A stretch of DNA of 64,000 nucleotides, taken from the NCBI GenBank assembly GCA_963667725.2, contig CAXXHO010000003.1, positions 1,152,001-1,216,000 on the forward strand, written 5' to 3'. The DNA comes from Treponemataceae bacterium (GTDB lineage: Bacteria; Spirochaetota; Spirochaetia; Treponematales; Rectinemataceae). The translations under genes were made by a program, and so were the position numbers. The notes beneath the pieces were generated by a model. That model ran no database searches. It had not been told where the DNA came from and saw nothing but the letters and a program-made list of their open reading frames with translations. Every line of letters begins with the position of its first letter. Position 1 is the first letter of the stretch. This document shows positions 49,534 through 59,130 of the stretch, in pieces.

Positions 49534-50883
49534 TTACGCCCGCTTATATGCCTTGATCCTAGCTCTGATATAGCCCGACAGCTCTGAAACGGCGACGCGC
49601 TCCTGCTGCATCGTGTCGCGGTCGCGCACGGTGACGGTGCCGTCTTCCTTCGTCTGGTAGTCAATGGTGACGCAGAATGGCGTTCCCACCTCGTCCTGGC
49701 GCCGGTAGCGGCGGCCGATGGCGCCTCCCTGATCGTAGTCGGTGGAAAAATCTTCTTTCAGTTCAGCGCGTATATCCTTCGCCAGCTCGGCCAAGCCGTC
49801 CTTCTTCATGAGGGGGAGAACGGCGACGGTGATAGGCGCGAGCGTGGGATGGAAGTGCATGACCGTCCTCCAATCATCGTCGGTACCCTTGTCGGCCACC
49901 TTCTGTTCTTCGTAGGCGTCGCAGAGAACCATGAGGAGCTGCCTCGTGAGCCCGGCGCTCGTCTCGATGATGAAGGGAATGTAGCGCGCGTTCCCGTCGT
50001 CCTGGTCGATGTACTGGAGGTCTTTGCCAGAGAATTCCTGGTGGCGGTTGAGGTCGAAGTTCGTCCTGTTGTGGACGCCCTCGAGCTCCTTGAAGCCCAT
50101 GGGGAACTCATATTCGATGTCGTAGGCGTCCTTGGCGTAGTGGGCGAGCTCGTCCGGGCCGTGGCGATGCCAGCGCAGCTTGTCCATGCGCACACCCAGT
50201 TTGGCGTAGTAAGCCCAGCGCTGCTCGCGCCAGTAGTCGAAGAACTTCTCGTCCTCGCCCGGTTTCACGAAATACTGCATCTCCATCTGCTCGAACTCGC
50301 AGGTGCGGAAGATGAAGTTCTTGGTGACGATTTCGTTGCGGAAGGCCTTGCCGATCTGGGCGATGCCGAAGGGAATCTTCATGCGGTTGGACTGGACGAT
50401 GTTCTTGTAGTTGACGTAGATGCCCTGGGCGGTCTCGGGGCGCAAGTATATGAGGCCGGAGCCGTCGTCCACGGGGCCGATATTCGTCTTGAACATGAGG
50501 TTGAACTTGCGGGTATCGGTGAGTTCGCCGCCGCATTCGGGACATTCTTTTTTCGCCAGCTTGTCGGGGTCGATCTGGTCGGCCCTGAAGCGCTGCTTGC
50601 ACTTCTTGCAGTCGACGAGGGGGTCGGTGAAGTTCTCGACATGACCGGAAGCTTCCCAAACGCGGGGATGCATGAGGATGGCGGCGTCGAGACCGACGAT
50701 GTCGTCGTGGAGCTGCGTCATTTCCTTCCACCAGAATCGCGCGATGCGGTTCTTCAGTTCGACGCCCATGGGACCGTAATCCCAGGCTCCGGACTGTCCG
50801 CCGTAGATTTCCGACGACTGGAAGACGAAGCCGCGCCGCTTGGCCAGGGAGACGATCTTCTCCATGCTGATGCTGTTGTCCAT
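49534..50883 (-). CDS. glyQS: Glycine--tRNA ligase, alpha2 (eukaryote/archaea-like) type
   Basis: LRPETAQG, GKAFRNEI, EFEQME, IGRRYRRQDEVGTP. Confidence 0.96.
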   Translation of the reverse strand: MDNSISMEKIVSLAKRRGFVFQSSEIYGGQSGAWDYGPMGVELKNRIARFWWKEMTQLHDDIVGLDAAILMHPRVWEASGHVENFTDPLVDCKKCKQRFRADQIDPDKLAKKECPECGGELTDTRKFNLMFKTNIGPVDDGSGLIYLRPETAQGIYVNYKNIVQSNRMKIPFGIAQIGKAFRNEIVTKNFIFRTCEFEQMEMQYFVKPGEDEKFFDYWREQRWAYYAKLGVRMDKLRWHRHGPDELAHYAKDAYDIEYEFPMGFKELEGVHNRTNFDLNRHQEFSGKDLQYIDQDDGNARYIPFIIETSAGLTRQLLMVLCDAYEEQKVADKGTDDDWRTVMHFHPTLAPITVAVLPLMKKDGLAELAKDIRAELKEDFSTDYDQGGAIGRRYRRQDEVGTPFCVTIDYQTKEDGTVTVRDRDTMQQERVAVSELSGYIRARIKAYKRA

Positions 50884-51090
50884 GAAATAACTCCTGTACG
50901 CCGATTCCGGGAGCTTTGCTCACGAAATCAGCGCGCGAAACGTATTTCGTTTCGCGAGCCCTGCTTTCGCACCGCCGACGGTTACGGCGGCGCGCCTTGA
51001 CGGGGCTTGGTCGGCGAACTGGCTCTAAAAAGCTCCCCGATGTCCCGAAGGTGCGCCAACGGGAGGACCTGCAGCCCTCCCGTTGGCGTT
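50884..51090 (-). promoter_or_regulatory. Structured 5' leader / candidate ncRNA upstream of glyQS
   Basis: TATAAT at 51101-51096; several GC hairpins plus a long-range stem. Confidence 0.5.
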
Positions 51091-51141
51091 GCGCGATTAT
51101 AAGCCAATTTTATCGCTCGGGGCTAGCCATCAAATGCGGAC

Positions 51142-51175
51142 AAAAAAAGGGGACCATCCATTGGACGGCCCCCTT
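51142..51175 (-). terminator. Terminator of the LivJ-like gene
   Basis: Hairpin followed by T7 on the minus strand. Confidence 0.7.
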
Positions 51176-51245
51176 CCCCATTATCGGAAATCAGGAATAT
51201 ATTCCGCCGCGCGGCGCTTGGGCACAACGCGCGGGTTGCCGAAGC

Positions 51246-52385
51246 TTAGGGATTTACCGTGGTCTTATAGACCTGCTGGCCGTCCTTCATCTCGATGATG
51301 ACGACAGACTTCATGGGATTGCGGAACTCGTCGTAAGTGATCTGGCCGCCTACACAGGCGAGGTTGGTCGTCTTGAGAGCGTCGCGGATGGCTTCGTTCT
51401 TCGTCGAGCCGGCGCGCTTGATGGCGTCGAGCATGATGTTCATGCCGTCGTAGGCGAGAACCGCGAGGGCGTCAGGTGCGGCGCCGTACTTGGCGCTGTA
51501 TTTTTGCACGATGGCTTGAACTTCGGGGCGGGTATCGTCCTTGGAATAATGATTGGTGAAGTAACCGCCATTGACGGCGTCGCCGCCGATGTTCACGAGT
51601 TCGGAGGAATCCCAGCCGTCGACGCCCAGAAGGGTGCCTTTGAAGCCGAGTTCGCGAACCTGTTTGGCGATGAGACCGACGTCGCTGTAATACGCCGGGA
51701 TATAAAGGCATTCGGGATTCGTCTGGACGATCTTGGTCAGCTGCGCCTTGAAGTCGGTTACGCCGGAAGCGTAGCCTTCGCTCGCCACGATCGTTCCGCC
51801 GAGGGCCGTGAAGGACTGGGTGAAGGTTTCGGCGAGACCTTTCGAATAGTCGTTGCCGAGGTCGAAGATGATTCCGACGTTCTTGATGCCGAGATCTTCG
51901 CTGGCGAACTTCGCGCCCACCTTGCCCTGGAAGGGGTCGATGAAACAACTGCGATAGATATAGTCGCCGATGAGGGTGACTTTCTCGTTGGTCGCCGTGG
52001 GCGTGAGCATCGGAATCTTGGCGGCCTGCGCGATAGGCGCGCCCGCGACGGCGACTCTCGACGTGATGCCGCCGACGATGGCGACTACCTTATCCTGCTC
52101 TATCACCTTCGTGAACACGGAGGCGCCTTCGGCGGGATCGCCTTTGTCGTCCTCGACGACGAGCTTGACCTGCTTTCCAAGCACTCCACCAGCTGCGTTC
52201 CACTCTTCAACCGCGAGTTCCATGCCGTTCTTGGTGGACTGACCATAGGTCGCGGCCTCACCGGTGAGCGGATTGATGGAAGCGATCTTGATCTCTTTTG
52301 CTTTCTGACCACCGCAGGATATCATCGCGAAAGCGGCCAAAACCGCCATCACCGATACCATCACCTTCGTAAAACGCGTTCTCAT
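51246..52385 (-). CDS. Branched-chain amino acid ABC substrate-binding lipoprotein (LivJ/K-like)
   Basis: MISC lipobox, PLTG.AA.YG, DDKGDP, DFKAQLTKI, DGWD. Confidence 0.9.
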   Translation of the reverse strand: MRTRFTKVMVSVMAVLAAFAMISCGGQKAKEIKIASINPLTGEAATYGQSTKNGMELAVEEWNAAGGVLGKQVKLVVEDDKGDPAEGASVFTKVIEQDKVVAIVGGITSRVAVAGAPIAQAAKIPMLTPTATNEKVTLIGDYIYRSCFIDPFQGKVGAKFASEDLGIKNVGIIFDLGNDYSKGLAETFTQSFTALGGTIVASEGYASGVTDFKAQLTKIVQTNPECLYIPAYYSDVGLIAKQVRELGFKGTLLGVDGWDSSELVNIGGDAVNGGYFTNHYSKDDTRPEVQAIVQKYSAKYGAAPDALAVLAYDGMNIMLDAIKRAGSTKNEAIRDALKTTNLACVGGQITYDEFRNPMKSVVIIEMKDGQQVYKTTVNP

Positions 52386-52474
52386 GCTTCCTCCTGAAAC
52401 AGAATACCCGTGTCTCGCCGCCCGCAAAAAAAGCGAACGGATTATTTATAAGGGGTTGGGCTGTTTTACGGCGC

Positions 52475-54196
52475 TCAACTTCCCTTTTTCTCGATTTTCG
52501 CCCAGCTGTCCCTGAGCGTGACGGTCCTATTGAAAAGGGGTTTCCCCTGGTTCGAATCGGGATCGGCGCAGAAATACCCAAGCCGCTCGAACTGCACCGT
52601 CTGCCCTGGCTGGATTCCCGCCAGAGCCGGCTCGCCGAAGGCTCCCGAGACGGTCTCAAGCGAGCTCGGGGACAGATTGTCCAGGAAAGATCCTCCCGCT
52701 GGCAGATCCATGGGTCTTTCGGCGGCGAAAAGATTGTCGTAGAGCCGCGCTTCGAGAGGGACGGCGCCGTCGGCGCAAACCCAGTGAATCGTTCCCTTGA
52801 CCTTGCGGTTGTCGGGAGCGTCGCCGCCTTTCGTGGCCGGATCGTAGCTGCAGTGCACGCGTACGACATCGCCCGTGGCCGGGTCCTTGTCGAATCCGGT
52901 ACAGGTCACGATGTAGCCGTAGCGGAGGCGCACTTGATTGCCGGGAAAAAGCCTGAAGTATTTGGGAGGCGGAATTTCCTTGAAATCGTCCTTTTCGATA
53001 TAGAGTTTGCCCGAGAACGGGAGCGTTCTTTTGCCGGCTTCGGGGTTTTCGGGATTGTTCACCGCTTCGAGCATCTCGATGTGCCCCTCCGGCCAGTTGT
53101 CGATCACCAGTTCCAGGGGACGCAGGACTGCCATGAAGCGCGGCGCCTTTTTATTGAGATCTTCGCGCACGCAATGCTCCAGGAGCTGTATATCCACCAT
53201 GGAGTCGGTCTTGGCGATGCCGATGCGGCCGAGAAAATCCTTGATGGCTTCAGGCGTATAGCCCCGGCGGCGCAATCCCGCTATGGTCGGCATTCTCGGA
53301 TCATCCCATCCCGATACTCTCTTCTCGCGGACGAGCTGAATGAGCAGGCGCTTGGAGAGAACGGTATGGGTGATGTTGAGACGCGCGAACTCGATCTGGC
53401 GGGAAGGAAACACGCCGCAATTGCTTATGAACCAATCGTAGAGAGGTCGGTGTATCTCGTATTCCAGGGAGCAGAGCGAATGGGTAACGCCTTCTATGGC
53501 GTCGGAAAGCGGGTGCTGGAAGTCGTACATGGGGTAGATGCACCACTTCGTGCCGGTTCTGTAGTGCGGCTCGCGTCTGATCCTGTACATCACAGGGTCT
53601 CGCAAGAGGAGATTGGGATGGGCCATGTCTATCTTCGCCCTCAGGGTTTTCGAACCGTCGGCGAATTCCCCAGCCCTCATTCTCGCGAAAAGGTCGAGGT
53701 TTTCCTCCACCGATCTGTCCCTGAAAGGGCTGTTTTTCCCCGGAGGCGTATAGGTGATGTTGTTTTTATCGGGAACGTTGGTTCCTCTGTATTCCTTTAT
53801 CTGTTCCTCGTCGAGGTCGTCGACATAAGACAGGCCTTTCCGAATGAGGAGGCAAGCCAGTTCGTAGAGCTTTTCGTAATAGTCCGAGGCGAAGAACAGC
53901 CTGTCTTCCCAGTCGTAGCCCAGCCAGCTTACGTCGCGCTTTATGGCTTCCACATAGGAGAGATCTTCTTTTTCCGGATTGGTGTCGTCGAAGCGGAGGT
54001 TGCATTTCCCGCCGAAACTCTGGGCTGTGCCGAAATCCACATAGATGGCTTTCGCGTGGCCGATATGCAGCCAACCGTTGGGTTCGGGAGGAAATCTCGT
54101 ATGGACTTCCTTTGTTTTCCCTTCGGCCAGGTCTTTCGCAACGGCCTCGCGGATAAAATCAGCGAAACCCGCTTCTTTCCTTTCCTCGTCGCTCAT
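52475..54196 (-). CDS. glnS: Glutamine--tRNA ligase
   Basis: TRFPPEPNGWLHIGH, VLSKR, WDDPRMPT, QFERLGYF. Confidence 0.96.
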   Translation of the reverse strand: MSDEERKEAGFADFIREAVAKDLAEGKTKEVHTRFPPEPNGWLHIGHAKAIYVDFGTAQSFGGKCNLRFDDTNPEKEDLSYVEAIKRDVSWLGYDWEDRLFFASDYYEKLYELACLLIRKGLSYVDDLDEEQIKEYRGTNVPDKNNITYTPPGKNSPFRDRSVEENLDLFARMRAGEFADGSKTLRAKIDMAHPNLLLRDPVMYRIRREPHYRTGTKWCIYPMYDFQHPLSDAIEGVTHSLCSLEYEIHRPLYDWFISNCGVFPSRQIEFARLNITHTVLSKRLLIQLVREKRVSGWDDPRMPTIAGLRRRGYTPEAIKDFLGRIGIAKTDSMVDIQLLEHCVREDLNKKAPRFMAVLRPLELVIDNWPEGHIEMLEAVNNPENPEAGKRTLPFSGKLYIEKDDFKEIPPPKYFRLFPGNQVRLRYGYIVTCTGFDKDPATGDVVRVHCSYDPATKGGDAPDNRKVKGTIHWVCADGAVPLEARLYDNLFAAERPMDLPAGGSFLDNLSPSSLETVSGAFGEPALAGIQPGQTVQFERLGYFCADPDSNQGKPLFNRTVTLRDSWAKIEKKGS

Positions 54197-54320
54197 AATG
54201 GCTCCTTGCCGCGCTTCAGGGGCGTGGTGGCGTTACTATGCCGCGCAACGAGGCGGACGGTCAAGGCGGAGGAGAGGAGATTGGTCGCTAAATCTTTACT
54301 TTAGAGACTGAATTGCCACT

Positions 54321-55832
54321 TCAGGAATGAAAAAGGTTGTTGCCAGCGAAAAAAGGATCGCTCGTAGCGTTCAGACCCAATCGGCGCAAGCCTACTTCGT
54401 CTCCCGTGGCCGGTATGTGCGTAAGATGCAGCTCGCAGCCGGACAGGGCCTTGAGGGCTTCCATGGCAGCCTGGGCTGAAGGATTCATGGCCGCGCTGAC
54501 GGAGAGGGCGATGAGGGCTTCATCCAGGCTTAGGGATACCGATTTTCTCCCCAGGACATCCCGCTTAAGGCTCGCGATGCTCGCCGTGACGACGGGAGGG
54601 AGGAGATGTATCTTTGAGGGAATTCCGGCCAGATGCTTCGCGGCATTGAGAACGACGGCGCTGGACGCGTGGAGGAAGGGCGAGTTCTTGCCGGTGACGA
54701 TGGAGCCGTCAGGGAGCTCCAGAGCGGCTCCGACGCATATCCCCTGATTCCCCTTCCCTTCTTTCAGGGCCTTCTCAGCCGCCGTCCTGGCGTGGACCAC
54801 GACCTTCCTGTCCTCCGGTTTTATGCCCAGCTCATCCATGATGGCCTGGACCCGAAGAATCAGGGGTTTTTCGGAGATTCCCAGCGCATACTCGCAGCTG
54901 TGCCGGAAATAGCGGCGTATGATTTCCTGGCATGCGGCTTCCCCCACCGCCTGGTCGTCGACGATTCCCGAAGCGATGCGGTTAACGCCCATTTCGGTCG
55001 GGGAGCGGTATCCCGCGGCGCCGCCCGAAACCTTGTCGAGTATATGGCGGAGCACGGGGAAGACTTCCACGTCGCGGTTATAGTTGATGGAGGTTTCGCC
55101 GGTAGCTTCCAGATGGAAGGGATCGACGCAGTTGAAATCCCCGAGATCCACCGTGGCGGCCTCGTAGGCGATATTGAGGGGATGTTTCAGCGGCATATTC
55201 CACACGGGGAAGGTCTCGAACTTGGCATAGCTCGCCTTCCTGCCGTCGAGATAGTCTTTGTAGACGAGAGACAGGGCCGTGGCGAGCTTGCCGGATCCCG
55301 GTCCCGGCCCCGTGACGACGACGATGGGTTTGGTGGTCGGAATGTAGTCGTTCGCGCCGTAGCCTTCCGGACTTACGATGCATTCGACATCGTTGGGATA
55401 GCCTTTCGTCGGCTTATGCTTGAACACCTTCACGCCCCTGCGTTCCAGAAGGGAGCCGAACTGCTCGGCGGCGGGCTGGCCTTCGAAGCGGGTTATCACG
55501 ACGGCCGCGACCGATACGCCCCAATCCGCCAGCTGGTCGAGAATCTGCAGCGCGCTCGCGTCATAGGTGATGCCGAAATCGCCGCGCATCCGCTTTCTCT
55601 CTATATCGCCGGCGTAGATGCAGAGTATGACTTCCGCCTTGTCCTTGAGCATGGACAGAAGCTTGATCTTGACGTTGGGATCATAACCCGGAAGAACCCT
55701 GGCCGCGTGCCAGTCCCAGAGGAGCTTCCCTCCGAATTCCAAGTAAAGTTTTTCGGTTCCGACTGCCCTGGCGCTTATGAAAGCCGCCTGCTCCGCGAGA
55801 TACTTTTCGTTGTCGAATGCTTGAACATGCAC
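54321..55832 (-). CDS. DUF1846 (UPF0371) family P-loop protein
   Basis: KLYLEFGGKL, HAARVLPG, GPGSGKLAT, YAKFETFPVWN; GTG 55832. Confidence 0.9.
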   Translation of the reverse strand: MHVQAFDNEKYLAEQAAFISARAVGTEKLYLEFGGKLLWDWHAARVLPGYDPNVKIKLLSMLKDKAEVILCIYAGDIERKRMRGDFGITYDASALQILDQLADWGVSVAAVVITRFEGQPAAEQFGSLLERRGVKVFKHKPTKGYPNDVECIVSPEGYGANDYIPTTKPIVVVTGPGPGSGKLATALSLVYKDYLDGRKASYAKFETFPVWNMPLKHPLNIAYEAATVDLGDFNCVDPFHLEATGETSINYNRDVEVFPVLRHILDKVSGGAAGYRSPTEMGVNRIASGIVDDQAVGEAACQEIIRRYFRHSCEYALGISEKPLILRVQAIMDELGIKPEDRKVVVHARTAAEKALKEGKGNQGICVGAALELPDGSIVTGKNSPFLHASSAVVLNAAKHLAGIPSKIHLLPPVVTASIASLKRDVLGRKSVSLSLDEALIALSVSAAMNPSAQAAMEALKALSGCELHLTHIPATGDEVGLRRLGLNATSDPFFAGNNLFHS

Positions 55833-55836
55833 GATT

Positions 55837-57333
55837 TCAGACCTTCTGTGCGCCAAGATAGGCGATTGCCGCTTCTATTCGCGCGGCGGATTCCTCCGCT
55901 CCGAGGAGCTGGATGGATTCAAAAAGTGGCGGACTCACCCTGGATCCGGTGATCGCCACGCGGAGCGGCATGAGCATATTTCCGAGTTTGGCGTTGATCT
56001 CGACCGACCGCGCCTTGAAGCATTCCTCCGCGGCCGGGACGTCGCTGAAATCGACGCTGCGGACGAGGGCCAGGTTCTCTTGAAGCATGGCTACGGCCGC
56101 GGCGACATCGAGTTTCTTGGGGATGAACTCCTCGACCGCGGGCAAGGCCGGCCTGCCGTACAGGTAGGCCATCATGGCCGGCGCTTCCGAGAGAAGCTTG
56201 AGCCTCTCCTTCACGAGCGGCATGGCTTTCACTTCGAAGGCGTTCGCTTTTTCCTCGTCGGCGGCGCTCAGTTCCGCTTCGGCGGCGCGAAGCCCCGCTT
56301 CGACGAGGAAAGGCCGTACGGCCGCCGCCAGTCCGGCGTCGGTCTTCATCCTGATATATTGTCCGTTGAACCACTCGAGCTTCTGGTAATCGAATATGGC
56401 GGGAGCCTTGTTCAGCTTCTCCAGCTTGAAGAGCTTCTCCATGTCGCCGAGGCTGAAGAGATCGCGTCCTTCCTCGAAGGAGCAGCCCAGATGGGCGATA
56501 TAATTGATCAGCGCCTCGGGAAGGTAGCCGGCCTTCCTGAATTCGTTGACGGCGGTGGCTCCATGACGCTTCGAAAGCTTGTGGCCGTCCTGGCCGAGCA
56601 CCATGGGGAGGTGGCAGAGTTCGGGCATCTCCCAGCCGAAGGCATCGTACATGATCCTATGCAGCGGAGCCGAAGGTATCCACTCCTGAGCCCTCATCAC
56701 CTGAGTAATATTCATCAAATGATCATCCACCACGTTGGCGAGATGATAGGTCGGGAAGCCGTCGGATTTGAGCAGCACCGGATCGGGGCTGATATCCTCG
56801 TTTTTCCACTCGATGGAGCCTAGAAGCCTGTCATGGAATACGGTGGTTCCTTCCATGGGTATCTTGAGGCGAATCACGTAATTTTTGCCATCGGCGAGAT
56901 TTTTTTCGACCTCGGCTTTATCGAGGTTCCTGCAGTGCCTGTCGTAGCCCTGGTCTCCCGTCTTGGCCAACGCCTGATCTTCCCTGAGCTTGCCCAGCCT
57001 CTCCTCATCGCAGAAGCAATAGTAGGCCTTGTCCATGGCGACGAGCTTTTCGGCATACTCCCTGTAGATGGGGAAACGCTCCGACTGAACGTACGGACCC
57101 GCGGGACCACCGATATCCGGACCTTCGTCCCAATAGAATCCAAGCCACTTGAAGGTATCGTAAAGATTCTTCACGTATTCGTCCGAATAGCGGGTTCTGT
57201 CCGTATCTTCGAGCCTGAGGATAAAAGTTCCGCCGCTCGAACGGGCGAAAAGATAATTGATCAGGGCCGTGCGAACTCCGCCAATATGCTGGTTTCCCGT
57301 GGGGGAAGGCGCATACCTCACTCTTGTGCTCAT
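55837..57333 (-). CDS. gltX: Glutamate--tRNA ligase
   Basis: RYAPSPTG..HIGG, KLSKR, SPPLF. Confidence 0.97.
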   Translation of the reverse strand: MSTRVRYAPSPTGNQHIGGVRTALINYLFARSSGGTFILRLEDTDRTRYSDEYVKNLYDTFKWLGFYWDEGPDIGGPAGPYVQSERFPIYREYAEKLVAMDKAYYCFCDEERLGKLREDQALAKTGDQGYDRHCRNLDKAEVEKNLADGKNYVIRLKIPMEGTTVFHDRLLGSIEWKNEDISPDPVLLKSDGFPTYHLANVVDDHLMNITQVMRAQEWIPSAPLHRIMYDAFGWEMPELCHLPMVLGQDGHKLSKRHGATAVNEFRKAGYLPEALINYIAHLGCSFEEGRDLFSLGDMEKLFKLEKLNKAPAIFDYQKLEWFNGQYIRMKTDAGLAAAVRPFLVEAGLRAAEAELSAADEEKANAFEVKAMPLVKERLKLLSEAPAMMAYLYGRPALPAVEEFIPKKLDVAAAVAMLQENLALVRSVDFSDVPAAEECFKARSVEINAKLGNMLMPLRVAITGSRVSPPLFESIQLLGAEESAARIEAAIAYLGAQKV

Positions 57334-57363
57334 CGGCAGCTCCTTGTCTCTAAACGACTCGCG

Positions 57364-57392
57364 AGTATAGCTCCCGGCCTTTCAAGGGTCAA
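57364..57392 (-). promoter_or_regulatory. Sigma70-type promoter of gltX
   Basis: TTGACC-17-TATACT. Confidence 0.7.
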
Positions 57393-57417
57393 GGAAGGGT
57401 CGAGACGAAAACCGCGT

Positions 57418-57795
57418 TCAGGCCTGAAAACCGGCGGCCAACCTCAGAAAGGCATACATCGCGGCGATTGGAACCAGGCTGAAAATCGAAAGCGCCAGCC
57501 AGGCGAGAAGCTCTGTTATTTTTACTTGCAAAAGTCCGAAAATGCCATACATAATGTCCAGGCAGAATCTGGCTGAGGACGTCACGAAAAATCCGAGGCC
57601 GCCATAAAAAAGACATTCGAAGATGACATGGTTGACCTTTTGATCAAACCGCAATGCCCTTGAGGAAGCCATGAGCGCGACGCATAGGATCATGAACACG
57701 AGAGAAGCCAAGGCCGCCAACGCGAAGATTCGCCGGATGGACATGATTCCTTCCGCGTTCTTGTCTTGACTGACCGATTTTTCCGAAGGCTCCAT
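57418..57795 (-). CDS. Small membrane protein, three TM helices
   Basis: Hydrophobic ORF filling the gap; start uncertain. Confidence 0.55.
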   Translation of the reverse strand: MEPSEKSVSQDKNAEGIMSIRRIFALAALASLVFMILCVALMASSRALRFDQKVNHVIFECLFYGGLGFFVTSSARFCLDIMYGIFGLLQVKITELLAWLALSIFSLVPIAAMYAFLRLAAGFQA

Positions 57796-57839
57796 GGCTG
57801 AATGGTACTATACTACACGCGAAGTTTGTAGGAGGGACG

Positions 57840-58331
57840 ATGGAATACTTCTTCAATTTCAATAAAATGGGCTACCTGAAGGAGAAGAAGCTGCACGGCT
57901 GCACGCTTTGCCTGGTTCGCGATGGTTCAGATGACGTGGAACGCCTTATTGTATACGAAAACGTATATCTTATAGTGTCGCTAAACCTCTATCCCTATAA
58001 TCCCGGGCATCTCATCGTTTTCCCCAGGCGCCATATCACCGATATCCGTTGTTTCAGCGAGGATGAAAAACAGGCGATGAATCTTGCCGTCGATCTCTGC
58101 CTGGATAAACTAGATAGCGTCTATAGCCCGGCCGGATACAATATCGGCTACAATCAGGGCTTGGTGGCGGGCGGCAGCATCGAACATCTTCATATGCATA
58201 TCATTCCACGGTATAAGAACGAAATAGGCATAGCCGAGCTGATTGGCGGCAAGAAGGTTCTGGTGCAGAATCCCCTCGAAAGCTTCGATCTACTCAAGAA
58301 GGCGTTCGCCGCCGGCGGGAAGGATAACTGA
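57840..58331 (+). CDS. HIT-family nucleotide hydrolase
   Basis: CTLC, NLYPYNPGHL, HLHMHIIPR. Confidence 0.93.
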   Translation: MEYFFNFNKMGYLKEKKLHGCTLCLVRDGSDDVERLIVYENVYLIVSLNLYPYNPGHLIVFPRRHITDIRCFSEDEKQAMNLAVDLCLDKLDSVYSPAGYNIGYNQGLVAGGSIEHLHMHIIPRYKNEIGIAELIGGKKVLVQNPLESFDLLKKAFAAGGKDN

Positions 58332-58937
58332 AAGGGCGCTGGATCCCGCTGAAATCCCGATTTTCTCTCCAGTGCTTTCGTTGCTGATGCCGAAATATCC
58401 CTTTCCCCATCGAAGCCCCTCGAGCGGCCATTTTAAGCCCGTAGACGACATGCCCTCGCTTCCCCCGCCCCCGGCGGGAAAAACAGAAACCGTTGCCCCG
58501 GAGGCAACGCCAAAAATCGCCGATGTTCCTTTTTCCAGATAGTAGATCGACTCATGGAGGGTATGCCATTCGCTGGGCGTCTTGTTTCTTGCGAAAAGGC
58601 TGGTCACGGCGAGCAGATGATCGAGCCTTCCTCCGCCGCCGCCGGCTATGATGAGGTAGTCGGCCCCTCTCGACCAGGCTGCCGATAGGGCGATTTCCGT
58701 ATCGGTGTCGTCTTTCTCGGGCGAATACCGGAGGATTCGTTCAGGGGGGATCGTCTCGAGGCGGGACAGATTTTCCAGACTGTCAAAATCCCCGACGACG
58801 AGATCAGGCTGGACGTCTGCCTTAATAGCCGCGTCGAGGCCGGAGTCCGCGGCTATGACGATATCCGCCGCAGCGGCCAGCCGCCTGAGATAATCCGGCG
58901 AAGGGCCTTCCCCTCCCGTTATGATTAACGCTTTCAT
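58290..58937 (-). CDS. thiN: Thiamine diphosphokinase
   Basis: AADSG, GDFDS, KDDTD, GRLDH, GLKWPL, GISN. Confidence 0.93.
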   Translation of the reverse strand: MKALIITGGEGPSPDYLRRLAAAADIVIAADSGLDAAIKADVQPDLVVGDFDSLENLSRLETIPPERILRYSPEKDDTDTEIALSAAWSRGADYLIIAGGGGGRLDHLLAVTSLFARNKTPSEWHTLHESIYYLEKGTSAIFGVASGATVSVFPAGGGGSEGMSSTGLKWPLEGLRWGKGYFGISNESTGEKIGISAGSSALSVILPAGGERLLE

Positions 58938-59130
58938 CCGGATCAGGTTCGTATCAAGCAGACAGTTTGTCAATCATGCCCGCCAAGAGCCGATCAGCAA
59001 TTACTAATCGGCAACTGCCAATCGGCAAGCCGGCATGGCGACCGACGCTGACTTGCGCTTGATGGACAATATGGGAGGGCTTGGTATAGACTTTCACGCA
59101 TATGTCGATCCGGAGCGGGAAGTTAGGCTG

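Noticed and set aside
51040..51090. CCGAAGG glycine-riboswitch-like stretch
   Set aside because: Wrong strand for glyQS, and the remaining aptamer motifs are absent
40647..55952. Long antisense or alternate-frame ORFs (40647-41984, 49849-51000, 50916-52397, 52784-54304, 54633-55952)
   Set aside because: Shadows of codon-biased real genes; no recognisable motifs
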